This document shows positions 1 through 8,564 of a stretch of DNA of 64,000 nucleotides, in pieces. The DNA comes from a virus. Location: the IMG/VR virus record IMGVR_UViG_3300027852_000002, positions 1 through 64,000 of that record; one strand, given 5' to 3'. The notes under the pieces are model-generated. The model saw nothing but the letters and a program-made list of their open reading frames with translations, had not been told where the DNA came from and searched no databases. Position numbers and translations under genes: made by a program. Numbering within the stretch: position 1 is the stretch's first letter; every line of letters begins with the position of its first letter.

Positions 1-83
1 TCTGTTACGTTCTTGTTACGCCTTACAAATCCTCGACGTTTATTAGCTGTTTGTAACAGAGAACCAACACAGAACGCAATTAG

Positions 84-118
84 GCTTTTAATTCCTATAG
101 TTATGCCTTTAATTCCTA
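84..118 (+). repeat. two 14-nt direct repeats GCYTTTAATTCCTA (84-97 and 105-118) upstream of the first promoter candidate
   Basis: Read directly. The copies are 13/14 identical and spaced 21 nt start to start, about two helical turns. Confidence 0.6.
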
Positions 119-135
119 GGAAATAAATGCTTAAT

Positions 136-165
136 TTGACCCTTCTACCGACCACGGGCTATACT
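136..165 (+). promoter_or_regulatory. sigma70-like promoter candidate
   Basis: -35 TTGACC (136-141), 18-nt spacer, -10 TATACT (160-165). It lies about 30 nt upstream of the first large ORF. Confidence 0.5.
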
Positions 166-194
166 CTTCCTCCGCGCTGCTAAGGATACACAAC

Positions 195-2606
195 ATGAAG
201 ATTACTATGCTTGAAGCTAATGCCCGTACTCCCCTCACGAAAACATATTTCTATGATGAAGAGGGCATATTACAAAAACAACCATACCCCCACATCAGTA
301 AGTTCACATCACACCAATACGATGTACTCTCACTCAAAGACATCTACGACCTGTTAACTGGTGTCTTGAAACAAAAGCGAAACTTCTGCCTACTTAAAGG
401 CAACGTCATTCATCCTCTCAATAATGAATCACGGCGTGGATCACATGATCCCAATGCTCTTACCTTCTGGCTCCTTCTTGATATAGATGGAGACATGTCC
501 ACTGATGACATTGATGTACTCCTTGCACGCCTTGGCTTGTCCGGCTATGCCTATATCGTTCAACGCAGCGCCAGTGCCGGTGTCACTGATCAACCAGGTT
601 TACGTACTCATATTTATATACTCTTTACTACACCTGTCTCTCCCTCACTAGTTAAACATGCGTTGATACAATTGAACCTCACCATACCTGAGTTGAATGA
701 TCAGCTACAACTAACTGCTACAGGACGTGGACTGAGGTACATCCTGGATGTAACCACATGCCAGAACGATAAGCTCATCTACATCCAACCAGCCATCTGT
801 AAGAAAGGCGTAAAGCGCAACATCCGTGGTCCTGCTGTTAAATATGTTTGTCGTAAAGGCGACAAACTCACTGTTGATTTTCATAAATGGTGCCCGGAGG
901 TAAACATCATTGCCATTCGAGCCAGACGCACAGCACGTATTGCTGAGCTACGTGCAGAATTAGGTCTGCCCAACCATAAACCCCGCACTAAACTAGTGGC
1001 TAACACAGAAGTCGTCACCAATCCAGCTGAGGCTGTAGTAACCGGGATCCTTGAGAACCCCGACTTCATCCGTCTTAATCTTAACGGCGGAGAAACTTGG
1101 GCATACTGGCATCCAATCAATAACCCGGATGTAATTTATTCGTTCAAAGATGAAGAGCCTTGTCTGGCCAGTGCACTGGTGCCTGAATACTATAACGAAA
1201 AACTAGCTGAACTTGCCCGTGTAGGAGTTGAGCCTGTATATAAAGAAGACCAGGATTTACATTACCTGGCCTTCTCTGATGCTAAATCTGATTCCTATTA
1301 TTACGGCACTTACAGTAATACTGAACAACGCCTGGATCTGGCAGCAACACAGAAACGTGTACTCATTGCTGACTTCTGGGTGCAGAATGATATTGAGGCT
1401 GGTGACTTCATTCCACAGTGGCGCTATGAATTTGAACCACAGAACGATATATTATTTGATCCTGAAAACTGTTTTGTTAATAAGTACCAACCAACAGAGT
1501 TCATGCGTATCTCATTAAAATTAAAACAACGCAAAGCACCAGCAATCCCAAAGAATATCAATACACTCATCCACCACGTCTTTAATAACGATGAAGAGAT
1601 CATAGAGCACTTCCTGAACTGGTTAGCACATATAGTACAGACCAGACAACGCACAGAAACAGCGTGGCTCCTTCAGGGTATACCTGGTACAGGTAAAGGG
1701 CTTCTGTTCAACTATGTCCTTACTCCTATCTTTGGACACGAATATACATCGAACCGGCAACTCAAACAGTTCACACAAGAGTTTCAATCTGGTACACCTC
1801 ATTCTTTCCTAACCATGGTGGATGAGGCCGACGTAGACAACATGACCAAGCGTGATGTTGATGACGCCATTGCTACGTTAAAACATCAGATTACAGAACA
1901 GCGTGTACTATTCGCTGATAAGTGGATTCGTTCACACATGGTTGTGAACTATGCCAACTACATCATTGCATCCAACCGCATTATGTCACTGGTCATTGAA
2001 GACCAGGACCGACGCTTCAATATCGCAGAGCGGCAGGAGAAACGATTACCTAACGGCGGAGACATCAAGAAGACTCTGCCTGGAGAACTGCAGCAGTTCG
2101 CTAACTACCTGATGCTGCGCAAAGCTGACGAGACACTGGCTCACACAGCTATCTGGAATGAAGCCAAGACTGCGTTGCACACGCAGCACTATACTTCCAT
2201 AGGCGAAATAGCCTCAGCCTTTAAGAACCGTGATGCTGAGTTCTTCATCACTGAGCTCCCAGCTGAAAGACGCCACATTAATGACCCATTCGAACTGGAA
2301 CGCTTAGCTCGTTATGAAGCACTGCTCCTTCAGATCATGTCCAGCAAGCCTGACGGCAGTATGAAGATGACTCGTGAACAGATTAACGACCTCTTCTTAT
2401 ACTTGGAACCAACGGTTCCAAAGAAGAACAAGTTCACTTCATTCCTACGTAAAGAATGTGGGCAGTTCATTGAACCTATTAGAGTAGGTGAGCGCACCGT
2501 GCGTGGCATTCAAACAGATTGGCAGATTAGCAAGGAAGCGGTTTCGGCATGGAACGCCTATATAGCTGCCAGCCCCGAGGCATTCAAGATGCACATTGTG
2601 AAATAA
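195..2606 (+). CDS. DNA primase-polymerase (AEP-like N-terminus) fused to SF3/D5-type helicase
   Basis: 803-aa ORF. N-terminal DxD (LLLDIDGD) and His motif (LRTHIYILF). Walker A is GIPGTGKG and Walker B is FLTMVDEAD. AAGGA lies 8 nt upstream of the ATG. Confidence 0.8.
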   Translation: MKITMLEANARTPLTKTYFYDEEGILQKQPYPHISKFTSHQYDVLSLKDIYDLLTGVLKQKRNFCLLKGNVIHPLNNESRRGSHDPNALTFWLLLDIDGDMSTDDIDVLLARLGLSGYAYIVQRSASAGVTDQPGLRTHIYILFTTPVSPSLVKHALIQLNLTIPELNDQLQLTATGRGLRYILDVTTCQNDKLIYIQPAICKKGVKRNIRGPAVKYVCRKGDKLTVDFHKWCPEVNIIAIRARRTARIAELRAELGLPNHKPRTKLVANTEVVTNPAEAVVTGILENPDFIRLNLNGGETWAYWHPINNPDVIYSFKDEEPCLASALVPEYYNEKLAELARVGVEPVYKEDQDLHYLAFSDAKSDSYYYGTYSNTEQRLDLAATQKRVLIADFWVQNDIEAGDFIPQWRYEFEPQNDILFDPENCFVNKYQPTEFMRISLKLKQRKAPAIPKNINTLIHHVFNNDEEIIEHFLNWLAHIVQTRQRTETAWLLQGIPGTGKGLLFNYVLTPIFGHEYTSNRQLKQFTQEFQSGTPHSFLTMVDEADVDNMTKRDVDDAIATLKHQITEQRVLFADKWIRSHMVVNYANYIIASNRIMSLVIEDQDRRFNIAERQEKRLPNGGDIKKTLPGELQQFANYLMLRKADETLAHTAIWNEAKTALHTQHYTSIGEIASAFKNRDAEFFITELPAERRHINDPFELERLARYEALLLQIMSSKPDGSMKMTREQINDLFLYLEPTVPKKNKFTSFLRKECGQFIEPIRVGERTVRGIQTDWQISKEAVSAWNAYIAASPEAFKMHIVK

Positions 2607-2615
2607 GGAGCCAGC

Positions 2616-3158
2616 ATGCCCAAACCAGAATTAGCTCATGAGTATGTAAAGCGCCTATTCTCATATAATCCTGAGACTGGTAATTTACGCTGGAACAAGC
2701 GACCTAGAAGCGACTTCAAAAACTTACAAGCTTTTAATACGTGGAACACCAAATTTGTAAATACAGTGGTTGGAAGTGTAAATGGTAATGGTTATCAATT
2801 AGTCTCTATAGATAATCATACATACCGAGTTCCACGTATTATTTGGTTTTGGGTAGTTGGATATTGGCCTAATATAATAGATCATATAAATGGTCAACGC
2901 ACTGACAATCGATGGAAAAATTTACGAAGTGTAACCCGTTCAGAAAATCAACGGAATGCAAAACTACATAAACATAATATATCTGGGATATGTGGAATAG
3001 CTTATTCCAAGCCTTGTAAGAAATGGCGAGCTCGTATTACAGTAAATAATATTACTAAGCATATAGGGCTTTTTATAAAACTTGAAGACGCAATAGCTGC
3101 GCGTAAAGCAGCTGAGAAAGAACACGGCTTTCATCCTAACCATGGGAGAACGACATGA
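2616..3158 (+). CDS. HNH homing endonuclease with C-terminal AP2-like DNA-binding domain
   Basis: HNH_3-type motif DHINGQRTDNRWKNLRSVTRSENQRN. AP2-like segment GIAYSKPCKKWRARITVNNITKHIGLF..EDAIAARKAAE. The gene is visibly AT-rich relative to its neighbours. Confidence 0.85.
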   Translation: MPKPELAHEYVKRLFSYNPETGNLRWNKRPRSDFKNLQAFNTWNTKFVNTVVGSVNGNGYQLVSIDNHTYRVPRIIWFWVVGYWPNIIDHINGQRTDNRWKNLRSVTRSENQRNAKLHKHNISGICGIAYSKPCKKWRARITVNNITKHIGLFIKLEDAIAARKAAEKEHGFHPNHGRTT

Positions 3159-3451
3159 CAGGTAAAAAACAAGGTGGTTCCGGCAAGCGTTCACGCGGTA
3201 CAGCTCAACGTCTCGCATACCGGATTCAAGATCGTCGCACCAAGAACAGACTACGTAAACTCCAAGCTCACGTTAGACGCCATCCTGAAGATGAGTTTGC
3301 TGTACGTAATCTGATTCTCATTAGTCAGAACAAGCCTGGTAACAAAGGTAAGCGAGCTTACCGTTGGATCAGTAAGCCTGGACACTCGACAGATGACACT
3401 CCCAAGAATGTCATACCAGCTCCTTATATGTATCGCATGAAGATTGCCTGA
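3155..3451 (+). CDS. hypothetical protein (very basic, 98 aa)
   Basis: ATGA overlap with the upstream stop; ORF is in operon orientation. Confidence 0.6.
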   Translation: MTGKKQGGSGKRSRGTAQRLAYRIQDRRTKNRLRKLQAHVRRHPEDEFAVRNLILISQNKPGNKGKRAYRWISKPGHSTDDTPKNVIPAPYMYRMKIA

Positions 3452-3648
3452 TGGCTAATCCACGCCCTCAAGATACCATACCCTGCTCGTTCTGCGGATC
3501 CAAGCTGGGTGAAGAGGGTGTGGAAGCAGTATTCTCTAACGAACATCACTGTATCTGCTCGCTGTGCATTTATGGACTGCACTACCAACTAAAACATACG
3601 CATGAAAACGCTGTACACATGCGAGAACAAGGGAGATTAGATTCGTGA
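3451..3648 (+). CDS. hypothetical small Cys-rich protein
   Basis: TGATG junction; contains CSFCGSK...CICSLC. Confidence 0.55.
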   Translation: MANPRPQDTIPCSFCGSKLGEEGVEAVFSNEHHCICSLCIYGLHYQLKHTHENAVHMREQGRLDS

Positions 3649-4571
3649 ATGAGCCCTATGATCATCTCATAGAAAATTTATACCTGACACTCATTTCAAC
3701 TCAGGAATATCATAAACAACTAGAAAAAATAGCTTTCGATTATTTTGAAGGGCGTTACAACTTTCTAGTAAGCTTCAATAAAATCCGTAAATTATGTAAC
3801 AAAACTGATGAAAACTGCCCTTGGGATCTCTCAGCATATATAAAACTAGCTAAACGTATCCTTCCTGATTTCATTGAAGCTTATCGCGAAACAGGTAAAG
3901 AGTTTGCTAGTACCATTGCTTTAGATAGCCTTGGTATAAACCCAGTTAGACCAGCTGCGCATGAGAAAATACATTGTGAAGTAAAAGACAACCCAGGCTT
4001 TTGCGAACAATGGCGCAAACAAAGTATTTTACCCTCAGGACTAATAAAGATCACTCCTTGTGAACGTAAATACGTATATGATATTGAGCCTGCAATACCC
4101 ACCATAAATGAAAACGGGCACAGCGCTAGTGTTAACATAAAAGAGCTTGAAGCTCGCGTAGCAAGTCAATTATTAACCCAACAGAAACTTAATTTAGAAC
4201 GAGCTAAAGCCCTGCTGGAAAAACACAAAGCTGACATAGCACCATATACAGCTAAACTTACTTCATGGCAACATGAACTGTACCCACACCAAAAAGATTT
4301 AATGCATTACCTCGCAACCCTCAACCAACAAAAGGATAAAACCATGTCTGACTCAAAAGCACTCCTCGAAACCCGTCACTTCCACCGTGGACGTGATGTA
4401 GCTGATATGACTGACAACGAGCTCATCGGTACTATTAAGACCATTGAGCAGGATTTGGAGAAACTGAAGACTGTGAAAACCAAGTCCACCAAGATTGAAG
4501 CCAAGATCAAAGAGATGGAAAAAGCCCTGACTGACATCGCTGTTCTTCTCGACACCCGAGCAGCTAAGTAA
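3645..4571 (+). CDS. hypothetical protein, paralogue of 4902-5633
   Basis: GTG start in a GTGA overlap. Shares F(D/A)YFEGR, TGKEFA and the C-terminal ETRHFxxGxDVxxMTDxxxI...LKxxKTxSxKI motif with 4902-5633. Confidence 0.7.
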   Translation: MNEPYDHLIENLYLTLISTQEYHKQLEKIAFDYFEGRYNFLVSFNKIRKLCNKTDENCPWDLSAYIKLAKRILPDFIEAYRETGKEFASTIALDSLGINPVRPAAHEKIHCEVKDNPGFCEQWRKQSILPSGLIKITPCERKYVYDIEPAIPTINENGHSASVNIKELEARVASQLLTQQKLNLERAKALLEKHKADIAPYTAKLTSWQHELYPHQKDLMHYLATLNQQKDKTMSDSKALLETRHFHRGRDVADMTDNELIGTIKTIEQDLEKLKTVKTKSTKIEAKIKEMEKALTDIAVLLDTRAAK

Positions 4572-4892
4572 ATGAATTCACTTACTTACCTCGCCCTCAT
4601 TCGATCCATAAAACATTGGGACCGGATGAGTCGAGGGCAGCAGGGACCAACCGAAGTTCCAGACGAAGTTAACTGCGCACTCTGTCAACGTTTTACTTTG
4701 TCAGAGTGCTACTCTGTTGACGATGAGGAAGAACAGTGTCCTGTGTACAGACACACAAAAGACTTTTGTAATAATACTCCTTATACAAGAGCTTCTTACA
4801 TCTACAACACGCAAGGCATGAACAATAAAGCCTTCCGCAGTGCTGCTCGTATGGAACATTTCTTCCTAAGATCATTACTCTTTAAAGACTAG
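4572..4892 (+). CDS. hypothetical Cys-rich protein
   Basis: ATG immediately follows the upstream TAA; 106 aa with scattered Cys residues. Confidence 0.55.
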   Translation: MNSLTYLALIRSIKHWDRMSRGQQGPTEVPDEVNCALCQRFTLSECYSVDDEEEQCPVYRHTKDFCNNTPYTRASYIYNTQGMNNKAFRSAARMEHFFLRSLLFKD

Positions 4893-4901
4893 GAATTCAT
4901 C

Positions 4902-5633
4902 ATGTCACCTGATTCAATCATCCCCTTTGATGAGATCATCAAGAAAGACGCCACAAGCGATAGAAAACGTGCTAGGCAATCAGTGTTCGCTTACTTTGAA
5001 GGCCGGTGGTCTATCAACACACTGCGTGGCAACGTCGCTTCGTTAAGCGGAGCTATAAGCCAGCGTAAATACTATGAAGCCAAATCTCCATTGAATCTGG
5101 AGATAACTCTTCGTCTTATTTACTACTTCGCTCCGAAGTTTAGACAAACAGGTAAAGAATTTGCCGTGGGCGTGATTGGAAACCCTAAAGAAACACCCAG
5201 GCCACTGAGTGAAAAACAAAAGTCTCTTCTAAGATACCCAGAACATAAACCTACACAATGGACTGAGGAACAGATAGAAAAAATGAAGCCCAGTCCTGTA
5301 GCATCCGTAGATCCAAACAGGATTCCTACGCTTGAATCGATACAAGAAAGAGATCGCTTATATCGAACAGATCAGAACCATGCAAAGGTACACACCCACT
5401 TTATAAAACCATTCAAAGGAGCTCTTCTTCCTTTCGAAACACGTCACTTCTACTTCGGTACTGATGTAACAGAAATGACTGATGACGATATCATCGAAGC
5501 CATCGCAGCCTTCGAAAAAGAAATTGAAGATCTCAAAGCGATAAAAACTGAGTCTAGTAAGATCATTGATCAGCTCCATGAATTACGAACCTACGCTGAT
5601 AAGCTTGCTAAAATTTTAGATGAAAAGGAATAA
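4902..5633 (+). CDS. hypothetical protein, paralogue of 3645-4571
   Basis: Shares N-terminal and C-terminal motifs with 3645-4571; AGGA upstream of the ATG. Confidence 0.7.
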   Translation: MSPDSIIPFDEIIKKDATSDRKRARQSVFAYFEGRWSINTLRGNVASLSGAISQRKYYEAKSPLNLEITLRLIYYFAPKFRQTGKEFAVGVIGNPKETPRPLSEKQKSLLRYPEHKPTQWTEEQIEKMKPSPVASVDPNRIPTLESIQERDRLYRTDQNHAKVHTHFIKPFKGALLPFETRHFYFGTDVTEMTDDDIIEAIAAFEKEIEDLKAIKTESSKIIDQLHELRTYADKLAKILDEKE

Positions 5634-5636
5634 ATA

Positions 5637-6263
5637 ATGCAGCTGATCAAACCGTACTATAAAATTGAAACATGTTTTAACTCTGAAGAGATGCTCCAGG
5701 CTATCGAACGAGCTGGACGCACTTGCTACAAATCAGAAGACCGCATCACCCCTATGTCTGCTGTGAAGTTCATCAAGATGCTCATCGACCGTGGGCATGA
5801 AAGCGTATTGGAACATGAGAAGATCACAGTACGCTTCATCGTAGACCGTGGGGTGAGTCATGAAATCGTACGCCATCGAATATCGTCCTTTTCTCAAGAG
5901 TCCACACGATACTGTAACTATGGTAAAGGCAAATTTGGTGCAGAGCTGACCTTCATCCATCCCTGTTGGGAAATGAATGACCAAACCAGGCATATGTTTA
6001 TAGATAGCCTAAAGTATGCTGAAGCTTATTATATGGCTCTGCTTGATTTGGGCTGGACTCCACAGGAAGCCCGGTCTGTTCTTCCCAACGCGCTCAAGAC
6101 AGAGATTGTAGTTACTTCTAACCTCCGACAGTGGCGTGAGATATTCAGACAACGCACCAGTAAAGCTGCTCATCCTCAGATGCGAGAAGTAATGATCCCC
6201 TTATTAGCAGAATTACAACGACGAATCCCTATTATCTTTGATGATATAAAGGCGAATCAGTAA
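5637..6263 (+). CDS. thyX: FAD-dependent thymidylate synthase ThyX
   Basis: ThyX signature RHRxxSxxxxSxR is present as VRHRISSFSQESTRY. Length is 208 aa, with a SD-like AAGGAA upstream. Confidence 0.9.
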   Translation: MQLIKPYYKIETCFNSEEMLQAIERAGRTCYKSEDRITPMSAVKFIKMLIDRGHESVLEHEKITVRFIVDRGVSHEIVRHRISSFSQESTRYCNYGKGKFGAELTFIHPCWEMNDQTRHMFIDSLKYAEAYYMALLDLGWTPQEARSVLPNALKTEIVVTSNLRQWREIFRQRTSKAAHPQMREVMIPLLAELQRRIPIIFDDIKANQ

Positions 6264-6405
6264 CACATTATAACAGCAGGGTTCAGTGAAAAGGGTGTTA
6301 TGCCTCGGAAGCGGTGCGGGTAGCCAGTCCAGTTGGCGCTTTACGAATAACCCGTAGCCCCCTTTCCACTGGGACCATTGGTTATGACCGGAGACTTGAG
6401 CAGAG
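6264..6405 (+). other. ORF-free structured spacer downstream of thyX
   Basis: A 12-bp helix with one mismatch, 6284-6295/6360-6371, encloses about 64 nt. The spacer is G+C-rich relative to its flanks. Confidence 0.3.
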
Positions 6406-6669
6406 ATGAGTGCAATAGACGAATGGAAAGATGCACATACTCCAAAAACGTTTGAACTTGCCGAAGAAGTGATTGATGAGCTTATGTCTGCTGCACCGAC
6501 TGACTATTTACCGCCTGGATGGAAAGTAACGGAAGTTGGAGTATCTCGCGTGCTTACCCATGAAGATGGGTCTAGTGTTGCGGTGTATCCAGAAGATTAC
6601 AATCTGTCCAGGGACATATCTGCCGGCATTCTTTACAGGCTTCTAGGTGAGTTCATAGAAAGCGCATAA
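6406..6669 (+). CDS. hypothetical protein (87 aa, acidic)
   Basis: Good ORF in operon orientation; leader is GAGCAGAGATG. Confidence 0.6.
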   Translation: MSAIDEWKDAHTPKTFELAEEVIDELMSAAPTDYLPPGWKVTEVGVSRVLTHEDGSSVAVYPEDYNLSRDISAGILYRLLGEFIESA

Positions 6670-6687
6670 CCCGAGAAACAAGCAGAG
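6667..6687 (+). repeat. 21-nt intergenic leader repeat TAACCCGAGAAACAAGCAGAG, copy 1
   Basis: 20/21 identical to 6904-6924. It starts with the upstream stop codon and ends at the downstream ATG. Confidence 0.7.
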
Positions 6688-6906
6688 ATGAAATGCCAAA
6701 AACATAATGAAGAGAATTGCTCATACTGCGAATCTCAGGACAGTACATTTCTACAGCCTTTGAAATCACTCGCGTCACCGGCTGGTTGTAGTGCCACACA
6801 AATGGCAATTCAGATATTAGAAAGTCATGACATGCTGGAAGAGGCTGAGAACCTAGCCAGAAACACAAAAGAGTGTAAATGCGTAGATTGTACACCATCA
6901 CTATAA
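6688..6906 (+). CDS. hypothetical small Cys-rich protein
   Basis: Begins MKCQKHNEENCSYC... and ends ...KECKCVDC; preceded by the leader repeat. Confidence 0.55.
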   Translation: MKCQKHNEENCSYCESQDSTFLQPLKSLASPAGCSATQMAIQILESHDMLEEAENLARNTKECKCVDCTPSL

Positions 6907-6924
6907 CCCGAGAAGCAAGCAGAG
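6904..6924 (+). repeat. 21-nt intergenic leader repeat TAACCCGAGAAGCAAGCAGAG, copy 2
   Basis: See 6667-6687. Confidence 0.7.
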
Positions 6925-6926
6925 AG

Positions 6927-7178
6927 ATGGATAAAGTGAAATGTCCTAAGTGCCAGGAATTATGGTATCCATCCCATGAGCGTAGAGACCACGAATGCCC
7001 AGAGTGTCAATCATCTGCTTCACCAGCTGATTATGCGCAAAGCCCATTATTTGAGCTAGTACAACTGCATGAATATATCGGACATGCTGAAGTCGTAGTG
7101 CACGATAAAAATGGGCGCAAAGTCTATGCAGGTAACATCGAGTTACAAACTAACCCTGATGCGTACTACAGCACATAA
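6927..7178 (+). CDS. hypothetical zinc-ribbon-like protein
   Basis: Start moved from the track's 6879 to ATG 6927, just after the leader repeat and the upstream stop. Contains CPKC...CPEC. Confidence 0.55.
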   Translation: MDKVKCPKCQELWYPSHERRDHECPECQSSASPADYAQSPLFELVQLHEYIGHAEVVVHDKNGRKVYAGNIELQTNPDAYYST

Positions 7179-7194
7179 CCCAAAAGGCGGAATA

Positions 7195-7524
7195 ATGGAC
7201 AAAACTGACGTTTTCCACGAACCAGTAGACTTACGCCCACAAAAAAAAGCATGGGCTCCAGGACTATATATGAATATATGCGCAGATTGTGGAAAACAGT
7301 TCATTGGAGATAAACGAGCTATACAATGCGCGCCATGTGCCTACGGCGATTCACAAATATCTGTAATCAGAGATGCCATCATCGCTCTTGGAAAGATAGA
7401 TGACGCTAGTTGTTCTGCAGGTGTATGGGACACATTACAAAATGTCGTCACAAATTTAGAACAACTATTAGAGAAAAGGAAGAAGGATGAAGTTACAGCC
7501 AAAACATGGAACAATTCACCCTAA
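7195..7524 (+). CDS. hypothetical zinc-ribbon-like protein
   Basis: Start moved to ATG 7195 (AAGGCGG upstream, previous stop at 7176-7178). Contains CADCGK...CAPC. Confidence 0.55.
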   Translation: MDKTDVFHEPVDLRPQKKAWAPGLYMNICADCGKQFIGDKRAIQCAPCAYGDSQISVIRDAIIALGKIDDASCSAGVWDTLQNVVTNLEQLLEKRKKDEVTAKTWNNSP

Positions 7525-7681
7525 TGAATATAACTGGCAGGCAGAATTTAATCACATGAATCCTGCCATACTAAAGCATGTACCATCAGTAGCCAAAGTT
7601 TATGGATTAGCTCTGGCATACCAAGATGCGTTAGATGAAATTGAGAGATTAGAACAGGAACTGACAGGGAGCAATGTCTAA
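7487..7681 (+). CDS. hypothetical protein
   Basis: 64-aa ORF with a TAATG junction to the radical-SAM gene. It overlaps the upstream ORF by 38 nt, so the start is uncertain. Confidence 0.45.
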   Translation: MKLQPKHGTIHPNEYNWQAEFNHMNPAILKHVPSVAKVYGLALAYQDALDEIERLEQELTGSNV

Positions 7682-8361
7682 TGTACATTCAAATCACAAC
7701 CCGTTGTAATATGAGTTGTGATCATTGCTCCTTTTCCTGCAATCCAACGAGCGGTGAGCACATGAATAAGCGCACTTATAAACAAGCGCTGGAATTCTGT
7801 GAAAACTACGGCTCTAGCATCACCCTTGGTGGTGGAGAACCTACCATCCACCCTCGTTTTTGGGAATTCTTCGGATTAGCATTAGGCAGTACTGCTGAAT
7901 TCTTATGGATGGCTACGAATGGCAAGCGTAAAGAAATTGCTATAGCGCTGGCGAAGCTGGCGCGGGGGAACGACTATTTTGACATCGCCCTCTCTACAGA
8001 TCGTTACCATGACCCCATCGACCCAGCTGTAATAAAAAAGTTCATAGATTATGATCTGGAACTGCGGGACGTAACAAAAGGTTGGGGTATTATTAATAAA
8101 GGTGCTGCCTTTGAGAACGGAGTAGGCGCAATAGATGCATGCACCTGTCAAGACATGCTCATCAACCCTCAAGGCGACGTGTACATGTGCGGTTGTCCTG
8201 ACAGCCTGCGCCTGGGGCAACTCGGAATAATAGACGATACTATCATTACTCGTGCTCGTACTGTTGGTGAAGATACAAACGAATGCGGAGCTGTCCTCAC
8301 TCCCGAACAAGTACAGTACATCTTGTTTAGTGTACCCATATCTGAAGAGGAGGCAGCATAA
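7681..8361 (+). CDS. radical SAM enzyme with C-terminal Cys-rich (twitch/SPASM-like) segment
   Basis: CX3CX2C motif (CNMSCDHC) at residues 9-16. GGGEPT SAM-binding motif. C-terminal CTCQDMLINPQGDVYMCGC. Confidence 0.8.
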   Translation: MYIQITTRCNMSCDHCSFSCNPTSGEHMNKRTYKQALEFCENYGSSITLGGGEPTIHPRFWEFFGLALGSTAEFLWMATNGKRKEIAIALAKLARGNDYFDIALSTDRYHDPIDPAVIKKFIDYDLELRDVTKGWGIINKGAAFENGVGAIDACTCQDMLINPQGDVYMCGCPDSLRLGQLGIIDDTIITRARTVGEDTNECGAVLTPEQVQYILFSVPISEEEAA

Positions 8362-8564
8362 TGCGTAAACTCTTAGATGCTATGGAACATGCAAATTTAG
8401 CTGTAGATTTAGAAACTGGACACCTTTACAAACTAGGTAATCGACAATCTAATTTAGGAATGTCACCAGAGATGGCACTTGTTATAAGCATTACTGATAT
8501 GCCTTCTTTAGCTGAAATGATACGTAAAGAAAACTCAAAGAGATTTTTACGGAGTAAAGAATGA
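8361..8564 (+). CDS. hypothetical protein
   Basis: TAATG junction; 67 aa. Confidence 0.55.
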   Translation: MRKLLDAMEHANLAVDLETGHLYKLGNRQSNLGMSPEMALVISITDMPSLAEMIRKENSKRFLRSKE

